Assembly: GCA_965213965.1 (NCBI GenBank)
Contig: OZ243925.1
Location: forward strand, 1,936,403 to 2,000,402
Source: Phototrophicaceae bacterium
GTDB taxonomy: Bacteria; Chloroflexota; Anaerolineae; Aggregatilineales; Phototrophicaceae
Reading direction: 5' to 3'
Length of the DNA stretch: 64,000 nt
Shown: one piece after another, positions 55,807-64,000 of the stretch
How positions within the stretch are numbered: position 1 is the stretch's first letter
How the letters are laid out: each line of letters starts with the position of its first letter
Translations under genes and position numbers: made by a program
The notes under the pieces: generated by a model
What the model was told of the DNA's origin: nothing
Databases searched by the model: none
What the model saw: only the letters and a program-made list of their open reading frames with translations

Positions 55807-57422
55807 CCAAAACCTCTCTTTTCGTCATCGCCGCGCTTATCGGCTGCCTGCTGGGCGGCGCCGTCTCGCCCGCGCAGTCGCAAGCCGCCCAGCCGACCAA
55901 ATGGTGGAACGACCGCGTCTTTTATGAAGTCTTCATCCGCAGCTTTCAAGACAGCGATGGCGATGGCATCGGCGATATTCAAGGATTGATCTCGCGGCTG
56001 GATTATCTCAACGATGGCGACCCGAGCACCAGCCACGACCTGGGCATCACGGGCCTCTGGCTGATGCCGCCGGCCGAAGCGCACAGCTATCACGGCTATG
56101 ATGTTACGGACTATTACGCGGTCGAAAGCGACTATGGCACAATCGCGGAACTGCAGCAGCTGGTAGCAGCGGCTCACCAGCGCGGCATCGCTGTCATCGT
56201 TGATATGGTGCTCAACCACACATCCAGCCGCCACCCCTGGTTTCTGGGCGCGCGCAGCGGCGATGCGACCTGGCGCGATTGGTACATCTGGCAGGACGCC
56301 GACCCTGGCTATCGCGGGCCCTGGGGCGCTGTGGCCTGGCATCGAGCGGGCGGCGATTATTATTACGGCGTTTTTTGGGATGGCATGCCCGACTTGAACT
56401 ATCGTAACCCGGCCGTGACGCAAGAGATGCAAGCTATCGCGGCATTCTGGCTGCGCGATATCGGCGTCGATGGCTTCCGACTGGATGCCATCAAACACTT
56501 GATTGAAGACGGCGAACGACAAGAAAATCTGCCCGAAAGTCGCCAGTGGTTGAGCAGCTACGAAGCACACCTGGAAGACATCAAGCCGGGCAGCTTCACG
56601 GTCGGTGAGATATTCGGTGGCCCCTCCTTCGTTGTGGCTCGTTATGTCAAGGAGCGCGCCATTGACATCGGTTTCGATTTCAAACTGGCGGACGAAATGA
56701 TAGCAGCCGCATCGCGGGGCAACAATCGCAACATCATCCGCGCGCAGCGCGCAGCCATGCGCGACTATCCCTTCAATCAATTCGCTACCTTCTTGACCAA
56801 TCACGACCAAAATCGGCTGGCTAGCGTGTTGCGGCAGGATGTCGGGCGCAACAAGGTCACTGCCTCGCTCTTGCTGACCAGCCCTGGCGTACCCTTCCTC
56901 TATTACGGCGAAGAAATTGGCATGGTCGGCACCAAGCCCGATGAGCGCATTCGCACGCCGATGCAATGGGATGATACACCCAGGGCCGGTTTCACAGCTG
57001 CGGCGCAACCCTGGCAGCCCCTGCAAGCGGCCGCGCATATCGCCAGCGCCAATGTCGCGCGCCAGACAGCCGATGCCGATTCGCTGCTGAGCCACTATCG
57101 CGGGCTGCTGCATTTGCGCAACGAGCATGCTGCACTGCGGCGGGGCGATTGGGCACCGGTGGAGAGTTCGGCGCGCGGCATCTATGCCTTCCTGCGCAGC
57201 CACGAGCAGGAGCGGCTATTGGTGATCATCAACCTGGATGATGAGCCAATTGCTGGCTACACGCTCAGCTTGGCAGCAAGCGAGCAAGATTTATCCGCGC
57301 CGACACTTGTCTTTGGCCGCGGAGAACTCCACGCGCCGCTGCTGAACGTGGCGGGCGGCTTTGACGCCTATGCGCCCCTGCTCAGCCTGGATGCGCACAG
57401 CACGATCGTCCTGGCATTTTGA
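55803..57422 (+). CDS. Secreted GH13 alpha-amylase-family glycosidase
   Basis: Signal peptide. GH13 regions DMVLNHTS, GFRLDAIKH, VGEIF and FLTNHDQ. ATGA overlap with the TPR gene. Confidence 0.9.
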   Translation: MTKTSLFVIAALIGCLLGGAVSPAQSQAAQPTKWWNDRVFYEVFIRSFQDSDGDGIGDIQGLISRLDYLNDGDPSTSHDLGITGLWLMPPAEAHSYHGYDVTDYYAVESDYGTIAELQQLVAAAHQRGIAVIVDMVLNHTSSRHPWFLGARSGDATWRDWYIWQDADPGYRGPWGAVAWHRAGGDYYYGVFWDGMPDLNYRNPAVTQEMQAIAAFWLRDIGVDGFRLDAIKHLIEDGERQENLPESRQWLSSYEAHLEDIKPGSFTVGEIFGGPSFVVARYVKERAIDIGFDFKLADEMIAAASRGNNRNIIRAQRAAMRDYPFNQFATFLTNHDQNRLASVLRQDVGRNKVTASLLLTSPGVPFLYYGEEIGMVGTKPDERIRTPMQWDDTPRAGFTAAAQPWQPLQAAAHIASANVARQTADADSLLSHYRGLLHLRNEHAALRRGDWAPVESSARGIYAFLRSHEQERLLVIINLDDEPIAGYTLSLAASEQDLSAPTLVFGRGELHAPLLNVAGGFDAYAPLLSLDAHSTIVLAF

Positions 57423-57489
57423 GCGCGGGCGGGCGGGCTGCGTGCCAGGCGCGGCGCTAGCCACATAATCTCGTGAAAGCAGGCCGGCT

Positions 57490-58392
57490 TTGGAAAATTT
57501 CATCGGCGAATTGATGGCGCTGGGCGCGGCGTTCAGCTTTTGCCTGGCATCAACCACATACACCTTGGCCGGGCGCAAGTTCGGCGCGAGCGTTTCGATG
57601 GCATTGAGCCTGGTGATCACGCTGCTCTTCTTGCTGCCGCTGCACCAAGCCCTGTACGGCGAGCTTTTTCCGCTGGCTGCTTCCGGGCAGCGCTGGCTGC
57701 TGCTGGGCGCATCGAGCCTGGCAGGCTTCGTGCTGTCCGCGCTCTGTTTGCTGCGCGCTTTTCAGTTGTTGGGTCCCCGTTTGACCATGCTCATCGGCGC
57801 GACTTCGCCGATATTCGCGGCGATTTTGGCCTGGTTATTGCTGGGGCAGCGCTTGCTGCCCTACGCCGTGTTGGGCATTGCGTTGGTGCTCGGTGGCGTG
57901 CTGACAGTCGTCTCCGGCGATGCGCGCAATAGCAAGCAAGGCAGGGGCGTGGAATACCGCCGCGGCTTGCTGATCGCGCTGGTGGCCGCGGTTTTGCAGG
58001 GCGTATCTTATGTGCTGATGTCCGCGGGCGTGGCGGATGATTTCCCCGTGATTAGCGCCAGCATCATGCGCACGGTCTTTGCTTTGGCGGTCTTGTGGCT
58101 ATTCATCGCACTGCGTGGCAAGCTGCAAGAGAATCTGCGGCTCGTTGTGGAGCAGCCGCGGGCTATGTTGCATATCGCGCTGGCCGCATTTACGGGTCCC
58201 GTGCTTGGCGCGACGCTCGTGCTGGCATCGCTGCAATTCACCAGCGTCGGCATTTCGTCCACCTTGACGGGCACGACGCCTATCCTGATGATTCCCATTG
58301 GCTTCGTCATCTTTGGCGATGACATCACCTGGCGCGCCATCGGCGGCACATGCGTGGCGGTGGCGGGTGTGGCGCTGCTCTTCGCAGCCTGA
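57490..58392 (+). CDS. DMT-superfamily (EamA-like) transporter
   Basis: 10-TM protein made of two EamA-type halves. TTG start. Confidence 0.85.
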   Translation: MENFIGELMALGAAFSFCLASTTYTLAGRKFGASVSMALSLVITLLFLLPLHQALYGELFPLAASGQRWLLLGASSLAGFVLSALCLLRAFQLLGPRLTMLIGATSPIFAAILAWLLLGQRLLPYAVLGIALVLGGVLTVVSGDARNSKQGRGVEYRRGLLIALVAAVLQGVSYVLMSAGVADDFPVISASIMRTVFALAVLWLFIALRGKLQENLRLVVEQPRAMLHIALAAFTGPVLGATLVLASLQFTSVGISSTLTGTTPILMIPIGFVIFGDDITWRAIGGTCVAVAGVALLFAA

Positions 58393-58417
58393 GTAAAACC
58401 AAGTTCGTCATGCAACA

Positions 58418-58609
58418 AAGCACAAAACTCACAAAGCTTCTTTGCCACAGAGACACTGAGGTAGATGCAACTAAGAGATTAGAAATAGTTCGGTATGGAT
58501 GTAGGGGCGAGCCATTGGGTCGCCCGCATCTACAACCTGAGAGGGCGAGGCACTGCCTCGCCCCTACACAAATTCAATTTGCAGGACTTGCTTGGTTCTA
58601 CTTCTGTGG
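58418..58609 (+). repeat. MITE-like nested-hairpin repeat, best full-length copy
   Basis: Left terminal motif AAGCACAAA..GCCACAGAGACACTGAGGTAGA. Hairpin B is GTAGGGGCGAGCCATTGGGTCGCCCGCATCTAC (58501-58533). Hairpin A is GGGCGAGGCACTGCCTCGCCCCTAC (58544-58568). Then comes ACAAATTCAATTTGCAGGACTT. The right terminal remnant is TCTACTTCTGTGG. Confidence 0.7.
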
Positions 58610-58714
58610 TGAATCATGCTGTGATTACCCTGCTGGCTCAGCACTTTTTCTCGCCGAGCGCGGCGGGCTGCGCTATAATCGCGACAAGTCGACCGGGAGC
58701 ACAGAGGTCTCTTG

Positions 58715-59233
58715 ATGTCCAACATGACTATCCGCCCTTTGGAACGAGCCGACCGCGAATGGGTCGCCCATTTTCTGGACGATCGCTGGGGCACGACAAC
58801 CATCGTCTCGCGCGGAAAAATGCGTTATGGGCACTTGCTTGAAGGTTTGATAGCCCTTCGCCCCGAGGAGACCGTTGCTGCCGACAATGACGATGCGCCG
58901 CCCGAGCGGATCGGCTTGTTGACCATCGAATACGACGAGCGGGAATGCGAAATCCTCACGCTGGATAGCCTTGTTGAAGGGATGGGCATAGGCTCGGCTT
59001 TGCTGGACTCCCTGGAAGAGCGAGCCCGCGAGGCTGGCTTGAAGCGCTTGTGGCTGGTAACCACCAACGACAACCTGGCTTCGCTGCGGTTTTGGCAAAA
59101 GCGCGGCTATGAACTGGTCGCGGTGCATCGCAATGCCATCGCCGCTGCCCGCCGCATCAAGCCACAGATACCCATCACCGGCCGGCACGGCATCCCCATT
59201 CGCGATGAGATCGAGCTGGAAAAACGCCTCTAG
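58715..59233 (+). CDS. GNAT-family N-acetyltransferase
   Basis: Acetyl-CoA motif region (GMGIGSALL..LE..A...G) and F(W/Y)QKRGY. ATG 58715 lies 7 nt after AGAGG. Confidence 0.85.
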   Translation: MSNMTIRPLERADREWVAHFLDDRWGTTTIVSRGKMRYGHLLEGLIALRPEETVAADNDDAPPERIGLLTIEYDERECEILTLDSLVEGMGIGSALLDSLEERAREAGLKRLWLVTTNDNLASLRFWQKRGYELVAVHRNAIAAARRIKPQIPITGRHGIPIRDEIELEKRL

Positions 59234-59700
59234 CGCCGCGAGCGCCACAGGCTTTCGGCGATGATTAACAGCACACCCAGGACAATGGCGTGGTCGGCCA
59301 GGTTGGACACATTGGATATCACATCGGGTATCTGGTAATGAATGAAGTCGATGACATGCCCGTGCTGCAGGCGATCCAGCAAGTTGCCGATTGCGCCGCC
59401 GATGATCAGCCCGGTGGCAAAGGGTATCAGCCGCGCATCAGCCGCTGTCGTGCGCATGCTCAGCAGCAGCCCGATGATGATCAGCGGGCCCACCACCAGG
59501 AAGACATCGCCAGCCATGGGCAAGATGCCAAAAGCCGCGCCCGTATTGCTTATCAAGGTCAGCTGGAAGAGCGGCGCCAACGCGAGGATGGGCTGCCGCG
59601 TTTCGTAAAGCTGCATGTTGCCCAGCGCCCAGGCTTTGGTCGCTTGGTCAAGCGTGACTGCCAGGCACAGCGCCAGCAGCAGTACCAGCCATTTTCGCAT
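59230..59700 (-). CDS. lspA: Lipoprotein signal peptidase (signal peptidase II)
   Basis: LDQATK, N.GAAFG and GGAIGNL.DR motifs. Its stop overlaps the convergent GNAT stop (CTAG). Confidence 0.9.
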   Translation of the reverse strand: MRKWLVLLLALCLAVTLDQATKAWALGNMQLYETRQPILALAPLFQLTLISNTGAAFGILPMAGDVFLVVGPLIIIGLLLSMRTTAADARLIPFATGLIIGGAIGNLLDRLQHGHVIDFIHYQIPDVISNVSNLADHAIVLGVLLIIAESLWRSRR

Positions 59701-59756
59701 CCTGCGCTCCCCAGCGGACGAATCAACCTAGTGTCATTGTAGCAGACAAGACGCGC

Positions 59757-60797
59757 ATGACAGCCTTCAGCGAAATGACATTGGCACAGCAGCAAGCGCT
59801 TTGGCAGCAGCTGGCAGCAACTGCCTTGCCCCGCTGGGGATTAGCTGCGCAAGGACTTCGCTGGCTGGGCTATAGCAGCAACGCCGTCTTCAAAGTGCCT
59901 GCGGAGGCGGGTGCCTATGTCCTGCGGCTGCAGCCTGCTCGCGTCAAGGCTGCCCGGCTGCACAGCGAATTAGCCTGGCTGCGCAGTATCCGCCAAATGA
60001 GCAATTTGCAAGCGCCTGTTCCGGTGCTGCCCGCTGGCGAGCCTGACGATGCGCTGCTGGTCGAGCTCAGCCACCCCCAGTTGCCGCCGCCCCACAGCGC
60101 TTGGGCTTGCCTGTTTGAGTTCATCCCCGGCGAAAGCAAACCCGCAGCGGCGCTAAGCTGCCAGGATATGCGCAAAGTCGGCGAGTACCTGGCGCAGCTG
60201 CACACGCGCGCGCAGATCGCCCCGCACGCGGCTTTTGACCGCCCGCGCCTGGATGCGCAGGGGTATTTTGGCGGCGACTTGCCCAGCGCCTCGCCGCATG
60301 AAGGCCAGCTGCTTACGCCCGCCCAACGCGGTATCTGCCGGGCTGTTGCGCGCGCTGTGGAAAAAACCTTGTCGCAGTTGCAACCGTCTGCAGCCGCTTT
60401 TGGATTGATCCACGCTGACCTGTTGGCGAAGAATATCTTGTTCACCGACGCTGGCATTGCCGCGCTGGACTTTGCAGATTGCGCGTGGGGCTGCTTTTTA
60501 TACGACCTTGCGCCCTTGCTCTGGCAACTCAAAGGCGACCGCGCGCAGGACTATGCGCAGTTGGAGGCGAGTTTGTGGGCGGCTTATAGCACTTCGCTAG
60601 CCAGCGACCCTCCGCCGCGCGCCTACCTGGAGACCTTCATCGCCGCGCGTCAGCTGGCATCGTGTCGTTGGCTGTTGAACCACCGCGACCATCCGCAAAT
60701 CCGTGAGTTGACGCCAGCGCTGCTGCGGGGGCGCATCCAAGAGCTGCGCGGCTTCTTGGAAACTGGTAATTTGCAGCGGAGCACAGCAACCTTATGA
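59757..60797 (+). CDS. APH/ChoK-family phosphotransferase (homoserine kinase type II-like)
   Basis: Brenner motif LIHADLLAKNILF and a downstream D-x-A/D region. Confidence 0.8.
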   Translation: MTAFSEMTLAQQQALWQQLAATALPRWGLAAQGLRWLGYSSNAVFKVPAEAGAYVLRLQPARVKAARLHSELAWLRSIRQMSNLQAPVPVLPAGEPDDALLVELSHPQLPPPHSAWACLFEFIPGESKPAAALSCQDMRKVGEYLAQLHTRAQIAPHAAFDRPRLDAQGYFGGDLPSASPHEGQLLTPAQRGICRAVARAVEKTLSQLQPSAAAFGLIHADLLAKNILFTDAGIAALDFADCAWGCFLYDLAPLLWQLKGDRAQDYAQLEASLWAAYSTSLASDPPPRAYLETFIAARQLASCRWLLNHRDHPQIRELTPALLRGRIQELRGFLETGNLQRSTATL

Positions 60798-62041
60798 CTC
60801 GTCCACTCTTCGCATCACGCAAGGCAGCCGCCTACCCGCTCTACCTGTTTATGATGGCGGCGCAGGCTGCTGCCTTGACCATGGTCTTCACGGTCAACCT
60901 GGTGTATCAGGTGCAGCAGGTGGGCTTGAATCCGCTGCAATTGGTGTTGGTGGGCACGACCTTGGAATTGACCGCCTTCTTGTTTGAGATCCCGACAGGT
61001 GTTGTCGCGGATGTGCACAGCCGGCGGCTCTCCGTCATCATCGGTTTTGCCTTGCTGGGCATCGGCTTCCTGGTCGAGGGCAGCCTGCCGCTTTTTGAGG
61101 CGCTGCTGCTCGCCCAGGTGATCATGGGCTTGGGCTATACCTTCCTCAGTGGCGCGACATCCGCCTGGATCGCCGATGAGATTGGGCCGCAGCAGGCAGC
61201 CAATGCCTTCCTGCGCGGCTCGCAGGTCTCGCAAGTGGTCAGTTTTGCTAGCATATTCATCAGCGTCCTCATCGCCAGCTACAGCCTGCAAGCAGCCATC
61301 ATCGCCGGCGGTAGCCTGCTAGTCTGCCTGTCGCTGCTGTTGATGATCGTGATGCCCGAAGCCGGTTTCAAGCGCCGCTCGCCCGGAGAACAATCCGATT
61401 GGCGCGCCTTGTTCGTCACCTTCCGCGCGGGCATGTCGATGATTCGCGGCAGCCGCTTCTTGCTGCTCATTCTGTTGGCGACTGTCTTTCATGGCGCATT
61501 CTCTGAAGGTTTCGACCGCTTGTGGACGGCGCATCTGCTGGCTAGTTACACTTTTCCGCCCTTGGGCGAGCTGGACCAAATCGTCTGGTTCGGCATCATC
61601 AGCGCTGTATCCATGCCGCTGTGCCTGGCTGCCACCGAGTTCTTGCGGCGGCGGCTCGACTTCGCCGACGGTCGGCCTGTGGCGGCTGCCTTAATCACGG
61701 TCTATATCATCATGATCGGCAGTGTGCTTCTCTTCGTGTACGGCGGCAGCTTCGCCTGGGCGCTGCTCGGGCTATGGCTGGTGCAAGCAATGCGCGGCAT
61801 CCGCAACCCGCTGATGGAAGCCTGGGTTAACCAGCACACCGCCTCCGAAGTGCGCGCGACGGTGCTCTCGGTGCAGGGGCAGGCTGACGCGCTGGGGCAG
61901 ATCGCTGGCGGACCATTGGTGGGCACGGTCGGATTGTTGGCTTCTGTGCGGCTGGCCATATCCATCTCGGCGCTGCTGCTGTTGCCGATTTTGCCTGTGT
62001 TCCGCCGTTCGATTCGCTATACTAGCGCCAGCGAAACCTGA
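60794..62041 (+). CDS. MFS transporter
   Basis: 12-TM pattern. ATGA overlap with the kinase gene. Confidence 0.85.
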   Translation: MTRPLFASRKAAAYPLYLFMMAAQAAALTMVFTVNLVYQVQQVGLNPLQLVLVGTTLELTAFLFEIPTGVVADVHSRRLSVIIGFALLGIGFLVEGSLPLFEALLLAQVIMGLGYTFLSGATSAWIADEIGPQQAANAFLRGSQVSQVVSFASIFISVLIASYSLQAAIIAGGSLLVCLSLLLMIVMPEAGFKRRSPGEQSDWRALFVTFRAGMSMIRGSRFLLLILLATVFHGAFSEGFDRLWTAHLLASYTFPPLGELDQIVWFGIISAVSMPLCLAATEFLRRRLDFADGRPVAAALITVYIIMIGSVLLFVYGGSFAWALLGLWLVQAMRGIRNPLMEAWVNQHTASEVRATVLSVQGQADALGQIAGGPLVGTVGLLASVRLAISISALLLLPILPVFRRSIRYTSASET

Positions 62042-62055
62042 AGGGAGCAGCCACG

Positions 62056-62784
62056 GTGATGGACAGACAGGCAATGCTGGAAGAGCTCAAGAACTTCGAT
62101 ACGCCATCCATAACCAATGTGGTGGCAACTTATCCCGATTCACCGCTGTGCCTGGGGCTCTATAACCCCTGGAGCGAGAATTGGTATACCGACCAGCGCA
62201 TCCGCTGCATGTACCCCGAGCTGGGGCGGCGCATCGGCTATGCGGTTACGGCTGTCTACAGCTTGCCAGACCCAAACTTCAAGCGGCTCAGCTTCCTGGA
62301 TGTGCTGGATGCGCTTGAGGCTTCGCCACAGCCGACTGTCCTGGTCATCCAGCAGAAGTTCCCGCGGCGCTTGCAAGGCAAGGTAGGCTTGGCGGGCGGC
62401 AATATGGTTTCCGCCATGCGCGCGCTAGGCTGCCAGGGCTTGATTTCCAACGGTCCCTCGCGAGATTTGGACGAAGTGCGAGAAATGGACTTTCAATATA
62501 TGCTCAGCGGCGTCACGGCCGGGCATGGCGCGATGGCGGTGCAGGCGGTAAATGTGCCGGTTTCTGTCGGCGGCATGGATGTCGCGCCCGGCGAATTGAT
62601 CCACATGGACGAGAACGGCGCTTGCAAGTTCCCAGCCGACAAGCTGGCGGCCGTCCTGGAGAATGCGCGCGCTTTGCAAAAAGAAGAAGCCGCTCGCATG
62701 GCCGCCCTGCAAAATGCCAAGTCCGCCGCCGAATTGCGCGCTATCTTCTCTGGGCACAGCTATGGCGACGAAGACGAATCCTGA
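62056..62784 (+). CDS. RraA-family protein (RraA / HMG-CHA aldolase-like fold)
   Basis: GGNMVSAMRALGCQGLISNGPSRDLDEV matches the RraA-family G-G...A...G..G.V.DG..RD motif. The start is GTG 62056 or ATG 62059, after AAGGGAG. Confidence 0.8.
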   Translation: MMDRQAMLEELKNFDTPSITNVVATYPDSPLCLGLYNPWSENWYTDQRIRCMYPELGRRIGYAVTAVYSLPDPNFKRLSFLDVLDALEASPQPTVLVIQQKFPRRLQGKVGLAGGNMVSAMRALGCQGLISNGPSRDLDEVREMDFQYMLSGVTAGHGAMAVQAVNVPVSVGGMDVAPGELIHMDENGACKFPADKLAAVLENARALQKEEAARMAALQNAKSAAELRAIFSGHSYGDEDES

Positions 62785-62843
62785 GGGCGCTGGCTCCTTA
62801 AACGCCTAAGTTCCCCCGAAAGGCCAAGGGGGCGGAAATCTAA

Positions 62844-62870
62844 GCGGGCGACCCATTGCCTCGCCCCTAT
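62844..62870. repeat. Short hairpin-repeat fragment
   Basis: GCGGGCGACCCATTGCCTCGCCCCTAT is a hybrid of the two family hairpins. Confidence 0.4.
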
Positions 62871-62984
62871 ATCCATTCCTGTCTTTTTCGCAATCAGGCA
62901 GATGAGCCGCCTGCATTCGGCATATATTTGCCCGCGCAACTGCTGTATGCTGGCGCGTAAAGGGCAAATGAAGGAGTCCAGCGC

Positions 62985-63839
62985 ATGAAGGGTAAACGCG
63001 TGCTCATCACCGGCGCGACCGATGGCATCGGCAAGCAAGCCGCGCTAGAGATAGCGGGCATGGGCGCGGCTGTTACCTTGGTCGGGCGCAACGAAGCCAA
63101 AACGCGCGCTGTCTGTGGCGAATTGCAAGCGCAAACTGGCAATGCAGAAATCGACTGGCTGCTGGGCGATCTGTCGTCGATGGCAGAAGTGCGGCGCGTC
63201 GCCGACGAGTTTCGCAAGCGGCACGACCAGCTGCATGTGCTGCTCAACAATGCCGGCGCGGCTTTCTCGGCGTATCAGCAATCGGCAGATGGCATAGAGA
63301 TGACCTTCGCGCTTAATCACTTCAGCTACTACTTGCTCACCAACCTGCTGCTGGACATGTTGAGGGAAACGGCGCAGGCAAGCGGCGAAGCGCGCATCAT
63401 CAATGTATCGTCCAGCGCCCACCGCAATGCCAAGTTGCAACTGGATAACCTGCGCGACGCCAGCGGCTTCAGTCTAATGGGCAGCTATGGCGCCAGTAAA
63501 TTGATGAATGTGCAATTCACATACGAGTTGGCGCGGCGACTGGCGGATACACCGATCACCGTGAATGCTTTGCATCCTGGCTTTGTCAGGACGCGCTTTG
63601 GGCACGATACCTCTGGCATCATGTCAGTCCTGGTCAAGGTCTTGCAGCGGGTTGTTGCTATATCGCCACAGAAGGGCGCGGAGACCCCGGTCTATCTGGC
63701 GACTTCGCCCGATGTCGCCGGCATCAGCGGCAAGTATTGGAACAACAAGCAACAAAAACCATCCAGCCAGAACTCGCATGACCGCGAGCAGCAGCGCGCG
63801 CTGTGGGAATATAGCGCAGAGGTCACTGGCGTCGGCTAG
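62985..63839 (+). CDS. Classical SDR-family oxidoreductase
   Basis: TGATDGIGK (TGxxxGxG), NNAG and YGASK (YxxxK). Confidence 0.9.
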   Translation: MKGKRVLITGATDGIGKQAALEIAGMGAAVTLVGRNEAKTRAVCGELQAQTGNAEIDWLLGDLSSMAEVRRVADEFRKRHDQLHVLLNNAGAAFSAYQQSADGIEMTFALNHFSYYLLTNLLLDMLRETAQASGEARIINVSSSAHRNAKLQLDNLRDASGFSLMGSYGASKLMNVQFTYELARRLADTPITVNALHPGFVRTRFGHDTSGIMSVLVKVLQRVVAISPQKGAETPVYLATSPDVAGISGKYWNNKQQKPSSQNSHDREQQRALWEYSAEVTGVG

Positions 63840-63882
63840 CGGATACGTTCCTGGCGATTGCTCATCCAGGTGGAGGGGTACC

Positions 63883-64000
63883 TTGCATACGAAACGCGTG
63901 CTCATCACCGGCGCGACCGATGGCATCGGCAAGCAAGCCGCGCTAGAGATAGCGGGCATGGGCGCGGCTGTTACCTTGGTCGGGCGCAACGAAGCCAAAA
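63883..64000 (+). CDS. Second SDR-family oxidoreductase, tandem paralogue (3' end outside window)
   Basis: TTG 63883 lies 6 nt after GGAGG. Nt 63892-64000 are identical to 62994-63102. Confidence 0.8.
   Translation, partial: MHTKRVLITGATDGIGKQAALEIAGMGAAVTLVGRNEAK

Noticed and set aside
55635-57203. Long antisense ORFs opposite recognised genes. The ones noted are 55635-57203, 54664-55800, 44174-45430, 48922-50016, 51462-52424, 52641-53573, 38859-39821, 40232-41041, 41051-41782, 25990-26898, 27027-27950, 28340-29251, 20981-21865, 31620-32540, 17150-18013, 14930-15811, 11053-11958, 7320-8177 and 2042-2869.
   Set aside because: These are typical stop-poor antisense frames in high-GC DNA. They have Arg/Ala/Gly/His-rich compositions, no motifs, and fully overlap genes with clear family signatures.
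59230-59233. Overlapping convergent stop codons of the GNAT gene and lspA (CTAG).
   Set aside because: The overlap is real but trivial, and such 4-nt convergent overlaps are common.

Overview
This is a high-GC (~60%) bacterial chromosomal segment. Gene content and the intergenic hairpin repeats suggest a Chloroflexota-like organism, but I cannot verify that without a search. It is almost entirely housekeeping and envelope genes, and ORF-dense on both strands.

Gene order, start to end:
- mazG (5'-truncated) and a TrmH-family methyltransferase.
- A glycan-biosynthesis block: a sugar-1-P nucleotidyltransferase, then on the minus strand a nucleotide-sugar dehydrogenase, a GT4, a fused GT9-GT26 and a heptose-7-P kinase.
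- A sugar ABC importer (binding protein plus 2 permeases, no ATPase) and an ABC-2 exporter.
- A translationally coupled lysS / small ORF / serS unit.
- Tandem MFS paralogues, nth, a PIG-L deacetylase and tRNA-Cys.
- recX-rny, a multi-PDZ protein, and an M50 / HD / TyrA-like operon.
- A GT28 lipid glycosyltransferase, an enolase-superfamily enzyme and tRNA-Pro.
- A CDP-alcohol phosphatidyltransferase with lgt.
- A family-5 solute-binding protein convergent with glpK-dppB-dppC.
- lon, an L,D-transpeptidase, an S9 peptidase, a CaCA antiporter, a GH13 amylase and lspA.
- A kinase / MFS / RraA-like / SDR / SDR cluster.

I found no CRISPR array, transposase, integrase, prophage or recognisable defence or toxin-antitoxin genes, so I cannot point to a clear novel multi-gene system.

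The items most worth a second look:
1. A family-5 solute-binding protein that looks circularly permuted.
2. A dispersed ~190-bp MITE-like repeat family built from nested perfect hairpins, present in at least 8 intergenic sites. In one place it supplies the 3' end of an ORF and in another it acts as a terminator.
3. A ~520-bp low-GC non-coding stretch upstream of recX with a long-range stem.
4. A heptose/ManNAc(A)-type glycan cluster with a GT9-GT26 fusion.
5. A LysRS with an unassigned ~105-aa C-terminal module.
6. A TyrA-like protein lacking the catalytic His, in an operon with an M50 protease.

All protein calls come from by-eye motif recognition on the supplied translations. No database was searched.
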